A stretch of DNA of 64,000 nucleotides. Origin: Prorocentrum cordatum. Its lineage: Eukaryota. This document shows, piece after piece, positions 10,401 through 22,400 of this stretch. The stretch's first letter is position 1; each line of letters opens with the position of its first letter. The stretch covers positions 1 to 64,000 of the forward strand of contig CAUYUJ010000050.1 in NCBI GenBank assembly GCA_963575745.1, written 5' to 3'. The notes under the pieces are model-generated. The model saw only the letters and a list, made by a program, of their open reading frames with translations. It searched no databases and was not told the DNA's origin. The position numbers and the translations under genes are program-made.

Positions 10401-13400
10401 TCGTCAGCGGCGGGGACGGCGACGACACGGAGCTCGTGCACCAGTTCGACGGTGGCTGGGTCACGGCGTCGGCGCGCTGGCCTGGGCTGTGGGAGGTCTG
10501 CGCCCTCCCCCCAGTGTTGCTGCCCGACGTCTCCTCCGACCTCGTGGTGCACGCGTCGCCCTCGATGCTGCAGGAGTTTGGTCGCGGGGGCTCCGCCTCC
10601 GCGTGCGAGTACGCCCTTGGTGCTTGGGATGGCTGCCCAGAGGAGGGGGACGATGCGGACTCTATCGTTCATGACCTCGTGAGCGAGGCGGCGCTTCTGG
10701 CCGGCGCGCTATTTTCCGTGCAGTCGCAGGGCTTCGTGCTCGCCGCCTCACCGTGCTTGGCCTCTGTTGGTCTGGACGAGTACGCTTCGGGCTCCTCGAA
10801 GCGGAAAGGGCTGCATCGTCCTCAGCAGCGTGCGCCTTTGCCTCCTCGTGGTGCGCTGGTTAGCTTCTCGCAGGAACAGCCGAGCTCCTCGTCGATCAAG
10901 CCGCCAGACCCACAGGCTGAGCGGCAGCAGCAGCAGTGTTGTCGCAAGCGACCCTGCTCGAGGTCTGCCCGTCGGAGTGTGGCTGCCGATAGGGAGTGCC
11001 CTTCGTGCTGCACGTGTCGTGCTGCTTCTTCCTCGCGGTCTTCATGGTGCTCAGAGGGCGTGCAGCACGGTGAACAGAAAGTTTGCGTAACGGTAGACAT
11101 CCCCCTCTCTCTTTCTTCCCTCCCTCCTTCTCACCTCTCCATCCGCTTCTCTTCTTCCTCCTCCTCCTCCTCCTCCTGCTCCTCCTCCTCCTCCTCCTCC
11201 TCCTCCTCCTCGTCCTCCTCCTCCTCCTCCTCCACCTCCTCCTCCTCCTCCTCCTCCTCCTCCTCCTCTTCATCCTCTCCTCCTTCTCCTCCTCTTCCTC
11301 CTTCTCCTCCTCCTCCTCCTCCTCCTCCTTCTCCTCCTCCTCTTCCTCCTCCTCCTCCTCCTCCTCCTCAGGCGGAGGGGGCAGGCGTGGGCGCGACTGC
11401 GGCCCTCCCTATGGGCCCAGGCTGTGGCTGCCTGACCACAGGCGCGCCACATTCGGGTGCCGTATCCTGCACTACGAGATGGCCAGCATCAGTATCGTTC
11501 AACCGACCCCCATCCCCATCCTCATCCCCTGCGAGACCCCCACCAAATTACCACCCCAGTTGGGGGATGCACCCCTCGAAACCCAGAGGGAACGGCCTAT
11601 GGCCCCATCTATGTGGGCAAATCGGCCAGTGGGGCCCAGGCCACGCCGCTGGGGATGGGGATCGGTTAAACGATACTCGCAGCACTGGCGTGCCTGCTCC
11701 CAGCAGCGCCTCACCGGCGCGAGTGGAGCGCACGAGGGACCCCAGCCCTGCCTGCCGCCCAGCTGGGCCCCCGTGCACAGCACTCAGCGCGCCCCCCCCC
11801 CCCCCCGAGCGCCTGCGGACCAGCGCGCGCCCGACCAGAGATCCAGCACCTCCTCGGCGCCACCCGCTGCAGTGGGACCCCGGGCCAGCAGCTCCACCAG
11901 CGGAGGCCGTCTCCAACAGCGGCGGGCCCCTCTCGGCGCAGCGCGGCGTCCCCGTCGAGACGGCGAGCTGCCCCGCCCGGGCCCCCCCCCCGCTGGCCCA
12001 CAAAGCCGCCGGGTCGGAGCCTCCCGGCGGCAGGCCTTCTGCGCAAGCCGATGGTCGCCCTGCTGGCGGGCCCTCGGTGGGGCCTGCGCCTCGGGCGGCC
12101 GCGGCCGCGGCTCGGGCAGGCAGGGGCGCGCCCCTCTCCCTCTGCGCGGTCGTCCGCGCGGCCACCGCGGCCCTCCCGGCCGAGCAGGACCACCACCGTG
12201 GCGATGGCCCAGTGCAGCGGGCGCCGCCACCACTGGCGTGGGCAGGCCGGGGCTCAGCAGGCCGAGGAGGCGCCGCCGGCGATGTCCAGCGCCCTATTCC
12301 GAGGTCGGCACGTCGGGCCAGCACGGTCCTCCTCCTCCTCCTCCTCCTCCTCCTCCTCCTCCTCCTCCTCCTCCCCCTCCTCCTCCTCCTCCTCCTCCTC
12401 CTCCTCCTCCTCCTCCTCCTCCTCCTCCTCCTCCTCCTCCTCCTCCTCCTCCTCCTCCTCCCCACAAGCCGTCGTAGGGGTGCCGCTTGGTGGTGGTCCT
12501 TCTGCGCAGGCGGACGGTTGCCCTGAGGTCGGGCCTCGGGACGGGGCCCGCGCCTCGAGGTGCTGCGGCTGCGACGACCGCCTGCGCGGCTCGGGCGGGG
12601 GGGGGCAGCCGCCCCCGCAGCGGCCGCGAGGTTGCGGTCGACTGGCTCCTGGAGTGCGCGGGGATGGCTCGGCCAGAGGAGGTAATGCTGGGGAAACAAC
12701 AAGTGGCATAAACATAAGAACTCGGAGGTCCGCGCGGATTTCTCGGATCGGCGCCGGGGCCCTCCGGCGGCGCCTCCGGCGCCGCCCCTGGCGCGCTCCG
12801 CGCGCGAGGGAGGGGGGTCCACCGCCGATCTGAGAAATCCGCGCGGACCTCCGAGTTTTTATGTTTATGCCACTTCTTGTTCTCCTAGTTAAATGCCCAC
12901 TGCGTGGTGGAGAGTCAGTGGGGACGACCATCACAGCGCGCGTGGGCTGCAGCCTAGTCTGGGTCGGGCCGGCTTCCGCAGCGTCGAGCGTGGCGTAGCG
13001 TAGCGGGCAGTCGCCAGGACTGCCGTCACAGCGCGCGTGTCTCGGAGCTGCGGCAGGACCACTTCGACGCCAAGACCGCGGACGACCTCGACGGGATCGC
13101 GGGGAGAAGTCCTGGGGGGGACCCCGTGGAGGGGAACGCCTCAGGCACGCAGTCGCCACGGCGAGCTGGGGGCGTTATGACGCGAAGTCTTGAGGAAGCC
13201 CCCAGCGCGGGGAACGTCTCAGGCTCGACGTCGCCACGTGGAGCTGGAGCCTCGAGAGCGGGCCGCATGGGCGCAGCACGTCAGCGGTATCATCAGCGAG
13301 GTCTACAACGAGTCCCTGGCCCTTGTCGGGGTCACAGACAACCTGATAGACAAGAACCACATCCTGCCCCGTGGCCCGCCTGCGCCCGAGCGGCCGCCGG

Positions 13401-16400
13401 CCGTCGCCGTGGGGGGCGGGGGGGGGGCCCTGGTAGTCGTGAAGCTGTGTCCCAGGGGCTCATCCCGCTCAGTCGGGCAGCAGCCCGCACGCCGCTGCCA
13501 CGGACCACCGCGCCCACCGAGCGGTGGGAGAGCGCGCCGCCGCTGGAGAGGCGGCGTGGGCGGGGCCTCGGCAGCCAGGAGGGGCGGCGCGTCGGTTAGG
13601 GCGGGGCGGAGAGCAGCTCGCTGAGCACCGAGAAGCCCTTCGCCAAGCCAGGGGCAGCCGCGCGACCGCCCCACGAGGGGGAGTGGCGCGCAGCAGGCGG
13701 GGGGCCCGTCGCCCAGAGGTCGGGGACGAGCCGCCGGCGCGGCGCCTTCGGGGGCCCCTGTCGCCACTGGAGGCCCCTGCAGCCCCCTGCAGTTGGCGCG
13801 CAGGGGCGAGGAGACGGGCGCCGAGGTCTCGGCGGCCAGAGGGCGGGGATGAGCCGCCAGCGCGGAGCCTCGCGGGGCCACCGCCGCGCTTGGGAGACCC
13901 TGCAGCCCCCCCCCCCAGGCCGCGTGCGGTGGCGAGGCGCGTGCCACCTCCTCCTGGTCCTCCTCCTCCTCCTCCTCTTCCTCCTCCTCCTCATCCTCCT
14001 CATCCTCCCTCCCTCCGTCCCTCCCTCCCTCCCTCCCTCCCTCCCTCCCTCCCGCCGCCACGGCCCCAGGGGCTCCCAGAAGGGACCGGCACCCGCGAAC
14101 GGGATCTCTGGGGCGGCCGGAATGGTCGATCCGATCGCTCCCTCGCGCCAGTGACATCGCCGCATTCGGCGAGGGGCCCCGCATGAATTATACATTAATT
14201 CTCTTGCACAGCTGTGCTCTAGAGCTCGGACATCTTTATTTTCGTGTCGTGTCGTGTCGTTCGTCCCCCTGCCCCCCCCCTGCCCTCCCCCGTCCAGGCC
14301 CCCCAGGGCAGCCCCCCTGGGCCTCCCGTCCAGGCTCCCCAGGGCAGCCCCCCTGGGCCTCGGACACCTTTATTTTCCTGTCGTGTCGTGTCGTTCGTCC
14401 CCCTGCCCCCCCCCCTGCCCCATCCCCGCCCAGGCTTCCCAGGCTCTTGGGGAGCCACTGGTCCTGGTCCTGACCTCCCTGGCCCCGCTGGCCCTGGTGT
14501 CCTGGACCCAGCCTCCCCCCCCCGGCCCTGGCCACAAAAAGTGAACTCCTGGAGGAAGGAGGCGAAAGCTTCCTGCCTCCAGCAGCTCCTTTGTGCAAGA
14601 GCCAGGGCACGCGTGCCACTTGTTATTACTGGGAGGCGAAGGAGGGGTAGGCGAAGGGGCGGGAGGCGATTGCTGCAGCAAGGGCGGCCCAGCAAGGGAG
14701 AGGGAAGAGAGCGGAAAGGGGCGGGGGGCAGGGGCGGTAGTGGTGGTCGTGCCGGTGGTCGTTGTGGTGGTCGGAGTGCTGGTGGTCGGTCCGTGCTGGT
14801 GGTCGGAAAGGCGGTCGTGGCGGCCCTGGCTATAGCCAGGCTGGTGGTAGTAGAGCTGGAGGCGGCCGGACTGCGGTGGTTGCGTTGTTGGCCGTGCTGG
14901 GGGCGGCCAAGGCGGTCGTGGCGGTGGCCGCAAAAACCGTGGTGGTTGTTACGGCAGTTGGTGGCGGTTGTCGTCGCCAAGGTTGCCGTGGTGGTCGGTG
15001 CGGCCGCTGGTGGTGGCCGCGGTAGCGGTGGTCATTGTCCTGGTGCCTGTCCGAACAGCACCGTGGGCAGCAGGGTTGGTGTCCAGGTAGCTGCCGGCCT
15101 AGCGTCCGAGCGCACTCACAGCATCTCGGCGTTGCCAGTCTGCAGGCGTCTGCTGATTTGCCTCCACAGCGTTCCGAGGACCACGGCCCGGTCAGCGTCG
15201 TCGAGCCCGTGGCCGTACGACTGGATGAACTCGGCGGCTGTGTCGGACGGGCGGCCGCCCGACTCGAACACTAAGGGCGCCAAGTTCCCGTGCTGCGGAG
15301 GGTAGCGCTCGCGCTTCTCGTGGACCGTCTGCGCCGCCGCGACCCCGTCTCTGTTGGATCGAGCGCGCCTGCGAGGGCCGTAGGTGCTGCATTCGCAGAT
15401 TACGCTCCAATCCACATACACAGGCTGACCTGTGCTGGGGTCTCGTGCACAAACGTCCAACTTCGCCTCCTCCATGACGCCCGTCTGCGGGTCAATCCTG
15501 TCCCAACCAGGAACTCGCTGCTCCTTGACCGCGTAGTAGCCCGTGAGGCGTGCGTGCGTGGGGGCGTGCCAGTCCCTCATGCTGTCGTGGCGGCCTGCGC
15601 GGGACCCCCCCACAGGGCAGCTGCAGGCATGCCACCCACGCGCGTCCAAGGGATCGTTGCACGGCAGCCCTGTGTCGGCGTATTTGTGCTGGCAGCGAGC
15701 TCCGGGCGGGCACACCGGCACCCGCAAGCGCTTCTTGCACGCCGCAAGGAAATGCTTATCCTGCATGGGCAGGTCACCCTCCTCACGGGGGAGCAGGAAT
15801 CCCCCGGCGCCTGGGCCTCCTGTTCCGCGGAAGTGGAGTCGGTCGTCCTCTCCCAACGTTCCCAGCAAGCGTTCCCTCTCCACGGCGAGGACCTCGCTCT
15901 GCCCCACTGCCCCTGCAGCTTCAGTTGCGGTTCCTGGAAACAGTCCAGCCACTCGAACGGGTCGTTCCCCATAGCTCCCTGCGTTCGCAGCGCCGCCTCC
16001 GCCTCCCGCATCGATTGGAACGTCAAGGGACAGCGGGCCCGAAAGTCCTCCCAAGTAGCGAACCCAGCGCCGAGGGCCACGTCCTGCATGACAAACGCCC
16101 AGCTCGCAGCGTACGCGGCCGGCGCTGTCTCCTTGGCTGAAGGGAGGGCACACCCCCGTCGACCAGCCGCAAGGTGGCCTGCAGTCTTTGCGTGTCGTCC
16201 AGAGGGGCCTGCAGGAGGTCTTCGAGGCATCCGAACACAGCGCCATCGAAAGTGTCAGTCCACGCTAAGTTGTAGTTGTACGCGGCGCGAAGGTGGTGCG
16301 TCACCGCGCCCTGGGCGAAGGTGCGGAGGAGGACCCAAGCTCCCTCTGCGGAAAGTCCAGCATTCCGAAGCTCTTGCGCCCCTTACTCCCTCCCTCCCTC

Positions 16401-19400
16401 CCCCTCCCCCTCCCCCCTCCCCCTCCCCCCTCCGCCTCCCCCCCTTCCTCCTCCTCCTCCTCCTCCTCCTCCTCCTCCTCCTCCTCCTCCTCCTCCTCCT
16501 CCTCCTCCTGCTCCTCCATTTCTCCTTCTTCTTCTCCTCCTCCTCCTCCTCCTCCTCCTCCTCCTCCTCCTCCTCCTCCTCCTCCTCTCCCCCTCCTCTT
16601 CCTCCTCCTCCTCCTCCTCCTTCTCTCCTCCTCTCCTCCTCCTCTTCCTCCTCCTCCTCCTCCCCCCCCCTCCTCCTCGTCCTCCTCTCCCGCCTCCTCC
16701 TCCTCCTCCTCCTCCTCCTCCTCCTCCTCCTCCTCCTCCTCCTCCTCCTCCTCCTCCTCCTCCTCATCCCCCCCTCCACCCCGCCCATTCCTCGTCTCCC
16801 CCCCTGACCTTCGCCCGCCCCTTTCGCTTCACTCTCCCCCGCCTCAGCCTCCGCTGCGCCCGCCCCCTCCCCCTCCTCTCCGCCCCCCCACCCCCCGCCC
16901 ACGCGGCCTGCGCTGCGCTCCGAGCCCGCATCCAGCGGGCGCTCCGAAGGCACCTGCTCATGAGGGAGATCTTGGAGGCTGGCCCGCCTCTCGTCGGTCG
17001 GCTCTCTCTCGGAGGAGGAAAAGGTGCCCACAAAGTGGAGGCCCTTGCTAAAAAGCACCCTGCTTGCCTCCAGGGTGCCGGGGTTTCTTGGGTTTTGATG
17101 GTTTTGCCGTGGAAATGGTGGCGCCCCCACGCCAAAAATCAAGTTTGGTTCCTTGTGGAAGGTTTTTGTGGTCGGGCCTCCACTGTACCGGTACCCTTCC
17201 ATCGTTTTTCCCTTTTCGGGCCTCCTGGGAGCCCCTCGTCGCCACCGCTGGATTCGCCTCGAAATCCTGGTCGGAACGCACCCCGGGAGAGGTCCGGGGA
17301 GTAGCTGTCTCGGTGCTTTTTAGTTTCCCCCCGTTCATCCCCCTGCTGCCTACCGGGACGTCGGATCCGCCGTGCAGGGATGAGGCTGAACCAAGGACCA
17401 CGTTGCTCACCGAATGGGGCTATGGTTAAGTCGGGCCTGTCCCTCTACAGGAGGAGTATTCCAACATAATCAAAAATAGTTGTGGGGACGATTGTTTGAG
17501 CATGGTTTGGCCATTCTTGGGCATTTTTGGGGGTATTTTTGGCGCATTTTGGAGTATTCCTAAAAAGTAGTCAAGCATAGTTTGGGGACGATTGCTTGAG
17601 CATGGTTTGGCCATTCTTCGGCATTTTTTTGTTTTTTCGTCCAACATGTGCCTGTAGGGGGACGTACTTACCCGACCTAAGGCTACACCTTAGGCGATGC
17701 TTAAGAAAACTTGAGTTTTCGGCCAGAGTCTCGATTATTCTTAACGTTTCAATGTAAATCTTAAGATTTTGATAGAAACGTTGGGTTTTTATTCCAGATC
17801 TGAGACGATGAATTTCTTAACCCATGATTTCTTAAGCATTTCGCAGGGTGTATGGTTTTTCGGGTCGCTCCTTCAGTCTGGCTCGGGGAGCCTGTTCGTG
17901 GCCCAAGGCCTGCCGTGGCCGGACACCCACCCCTTCGCTCCCCTGCTCGGTGCTCCTGCTGGCGGCACCGGCGTCTGCACCCTGGGCGGTTTCGCGAGGA
18001 GCGCGGGAATTCCCAGCCTTAGTCAGTATCGTTTAACCGATCCCCATCCCCATGCTCATCCCCTTCGAGACCCCCACCAAATTACACCCCCAGTTGGGGA
18101 TACACCCTTCGAAATCCGAAGTATACGGCTTATATCCCCATCTAAGGGTAAATCGGCCAGTGGGGCCCAGCCCACGCTGGTGGGGATGGGGATCGGTTAA
18201 ACGATACTCACTTAGGGGAACAAGAAGTGGCAGAAACATAAAAACTCGGAGCTCCGCGCGGATTCCTCGGATCGGCGGTGGACCCCCCTCCCTGGCGCGC
18301 GGAGCGCGCCAGGGACGGCGCCGGAGCGCCAGGGGGGTCCAGCGCCGATCCGAGAAATCCGCGGGGAGCTCCGAGTTTTTATTTTTCTGCCACTTCTTGT
18401 TCCCCTAACCCTGTTTTTCGAGCTCCTCTGATGCAGAATTTCGCCTTGTGGATTCCACCGACTCCGTTTCTGCTGCACGTTTGCGGACATATCCGCCCTG
18501 CGTTTTCGGAGGCAGAAATTGCCGCACTTTGTCGCATCGTGTAGGGTGCGTTTCCGACGCACATGTAAGTCGCACAATCAACCAGAGTATTGCGCATCTC
18601 TGTGTTTTGCTTGCTGTGGTGATTCGGCACAGCACGAGGATTCGGTATGTTGCGCTTCGTGGTTCCTTCGTGGTTACTTTCTGGTGGCATCGCGCCGTCA
18701 TCGTGCATTTCGCCGTCCATGCATCGTGCACCGAGAGAAAACGAAGCCTCACACCGTCGGGGTTCACTGCCTGGCCGCTGCCTTTTGTCCCAGTTCAGGG
18801 TTTCGGAGACTTGCAGGTGCACCCGCGTGCAGTGGAGACCCATGCCAAGAAACACCCTGCTTGCCTCCAGGTTTCCCTGGGCTTCTTGGGCTTCGATGGT
18901 TTTGCGATGGAAAGCGTGACGCTCCCGCACCAAAAATCCATGGACGTCCTGGGGTCCTGGGGTCTCAGGGTTGGGTTTCTCGTGGGAGGTTTCTTGTGGA
19001 CTGGCCTCCACTGCAGGCCAGCGATTGCCCCGACAGGCGGCCTGGCAGCCATGGCCTGGTCCCGCGAGCAGAACGCCAAGGGCGCCGAGCTCCTTGCGCG
19101 CGAGGGCCTCGAGAGCCGCGCGGCCTCCGCCGGCGCCTCGCTCGGGGCGGGTTGGAGCCGCGAGCTGAACGCCAAGGGCGCTGGGCTGGTCGAGCAGCCC
19201 GGGCCTCGCGCGGGGGCGGAGCACTCCACGTCCGCTGCCACCCGCTGGCTCTTCTCGTGGTGCCGCTCGCTGAACCCCAGCAGGAGTCCAGGATCACTGA
19301 AGCGGGTCCGGTCAGCGTTCCCAGATCTCCTCGCGCTGTGAAAAATCACGACGGGAGGTTTCTCGTCATTTTCGGCTTCCGAAGGGCCCTTACCGGGCCT

Positions 19401-22400
19401 CAGGACCGTCAACCCCGACTCCGGATCCGCCATACTCTCTGGCTTTTTTCCATCTTAAAATTGCGTCGGAAATCCACCGATGAGAGGCCGAAAAAGTAGG
19501 GCGGAAATTTCTGCACCCAACATACAGTAGGGCGGAAATCCACAGAAGTAGGGCGGAAACAGCAACAGAAAAGTAGGGCGGAAATTGGCATCAGCGGGGC
19601 TTGAAAAGTAAGGCGGAAATTCCAAACCCTACTTACGAATTTCCACAAAGTAGGGCGGATCCGGAGTCAGGGAAAGGCCGACTCGGGACGAGAAACCGGT
19701 CCCAGGGAAGGGGTCCAGATTTTCTGGGGGTCGACGTCGTGAGAAAGTCACGACGTCGGGGGTTTGGGCCCCTTCTGCGACACGTCGTAGGAGTGGCCCC
19801 TCACCGGAGTGGCCTTTGGTGCAGGCCCGCTGTGGCCCTCGGATCGCTGGGTGCGTTGCGATGGCAGTCGCCGGCGCGGCGGAGGCTGGCGGTCCGCGCC
19901 GCGCACCCCCGCGAGCCGCACACCGCACTCTTGCCTAATCTTATGTCGGGCGCGTCTCCCTACACAGCCGTGACAAAAGTTCCTTCAATTTGCTATGATG
20001 AAGATCTCTCCCATCCCTCTCAAGATTCCTAACATGACATGATGCTGGCTGGGATCATTCGGCGGAGTAGTTTCCGATCCCGGAGACGTTAGTAACTCTG
20101 TACCCCAAAGCGGGATCGGAAACTACTCCGCGCCAAACCATATAAATTATCGAGCGGGAAGCGATTGCGCGCACTATTCCGGACTGCTCCGCAGGAGCGC
20201 GTCATTTCAAAAGGCAGATTGAAAGAAACTTTCGTCACGGCGATGTACTGGGAGATTCTCGACGAAATAAAAAACCAGCAATACCCCAAAAAGATACAAC
20301 AATACTCAAACAAATAGTCCCCGGACTATTTTTGGATTATTGTTGGATTATTTTGGGGTATTTATTTATTTTTCGTCGAAAATCCCCCTGTAGGGGGACA
20401 GGCCCGACTTACGCCTAATCGGGTTGACCCAAAAGGGGGTCCAGCGACAGGGTGGTGGTGCAATAGACAAGGTGCCGTAGATGCTTTGGGTCGCAATACA
20501 CTTGGGGCGTGCCATACCTTAAGGGCGCAAGTGTGTATTGCTGGATGTTCGCGCGCAGCGCATCACCTGCAATACAGGGCAAGATCATTCTCCGGCGCAG
20601 CACCTTTGCAATACAGCTTCCCAGATAGATTCGGGTCGAGTGGCCGAGTTCGGGTCGGCCGAGTTCGGGTCGGGTCGGCCGAGTTCGGGTCGGCTGAGGC
20701 CGTTCTTTCGCGTGGCCGAGTCCGGGTCGGCCGAGCCCCGTCGGGAGACGCCCAGGAGGCCCGAGCGCTGCCCTGCCTCGTGGTGGCCCATGAGGCGGCA
20801 GCTCCACGGCTGCCTGGTCAGGTCAGTGCTCGGGCGGCTCCGACGGCGCCAACCACCCTCCTCCTCCTCCTGCTGCTCCTGCTGCTCCTCCTCCTCCTGC
20901 TCCTCCTCCTGCTCCTCCTCCTGCTCCTCCTCCTTCTCCTCCTGCTGCTCCTCCTCCTTCTCCTGCTCCTCCTCCTTCTGTTCCTGGCCCTCCTTCTCCT
21001 GCTCCTCCTCCTCCTCCTCCTCCTTCTGTTCCTGGTCCTCCTTCTCCTGCTCCTCCTCCTCCTCCTCCTCCTCCTCCTCCTCCTCCTCCTCCTCCTCCTC
21101 CTCCTCCCAGGTGGATGTCTCTCTGTGGATCGGCTACGCGTAAGAGCGACCCTTCGCCGGAGCGACCAGGGTCCCCTGGTCGTTGAATCCGAGGCGATAG
21201 CGTTGGCTTGCGTGCTTGGGTCTGACCCGTCCCGCCCCCCGCCTCCCTAAATCCAGGCCTCCCACATGGGTTCCGAGCTGATGGGGTCGCGGGACTGCGC
21301 CGCATCGCCGATGCGTCGCCGATGCGGAGCCTGATCTGCTCCGCTCTGGCATCGCCGATGCACCGCCAAAGCATCGGCGATGCATCGGCGATGCAGCGCG
21401 ATCCTCCGACCCCATCTGCTTCAACCCCCATCTGGAAGGCCTCCACCAGCGGCGGCCGGGCTGCTCCTCCGATCCCCGAGGACGGCCGCCGCGGGCGGGA
21501 GCACGGGAGCGCTCGCCGAGGAGCGCTGCGGCGCCGCGGCCGCGCGCGGGCGTGGTGCCGGCTGGTCCCGCGGGCTTAACGCGGAGGGCGTGGACGTGCT
21601 GGCCGAGGGCCGCCTCATGCAGCACTACGATGAGGCCACCGGTCGGTATCGTCGGGATCAGGGGAGGGCAAGGTACGCACCCACACTGCTGCCCTTCCCT
21701 CGCCTCCGCCTCGTTGGGCCTCCTGGGAGGCCCTCGTCGCCACCGCTCGGAGCACAACGGATATACACGAGTGCCTTTTCTGGCCGCCAGGGGCCCTGAA
21801 AGCTGGGTATCGCAGGATGGTGTTCGTGGCGATCTACTTGGCAGCCGCAGCGGCGTTGTCCCGATGACGGCGGCGGCGCGGGCCCTCTTCGGGGGATGGC
21901 CAGCCGATTCCGCGGGCCCCCACGCGGCCCGGACCCCGCCGACGATGCCAGGGCACTGGGGGCAGCGTCGGTGGATGCCCCAAAACCTGTCAGGACACGA
22001 CTCTGCGTTTACACCGAACCGTGTGTTCACCAATCGCGCCATGTTGGTAGACGTGCAGTCCACCCGGTAAACACACAGAGTGCTACACCGAGAGGGGTAT
22101 GCAGCAGTCACCTGGGCTGGGTTTCGCGACCGGGGGCGGGGGCGGGCCCCTTGGGATACTTTTCGGTCTCCCCTATGGGCCATCGGTCAGTATCGTGTAA
22201 CCGAGATCACTATGCCCACCCCAATCCCCATCCCGATCCCCAGCATCCCAATCACCCCAGTTGGGGATAGGCCCCTCGTAGCCCGAGGGGAGCAGCACAG
22301 ATCTCCACCCGTGGCGGTGCATCGGGCAGCGGGACCCAGGCCACGTCAGTGGGGACAGGGATCGGGCAAGCGATGCTCAAGCGGAGAAGAGTCGAAGAAG

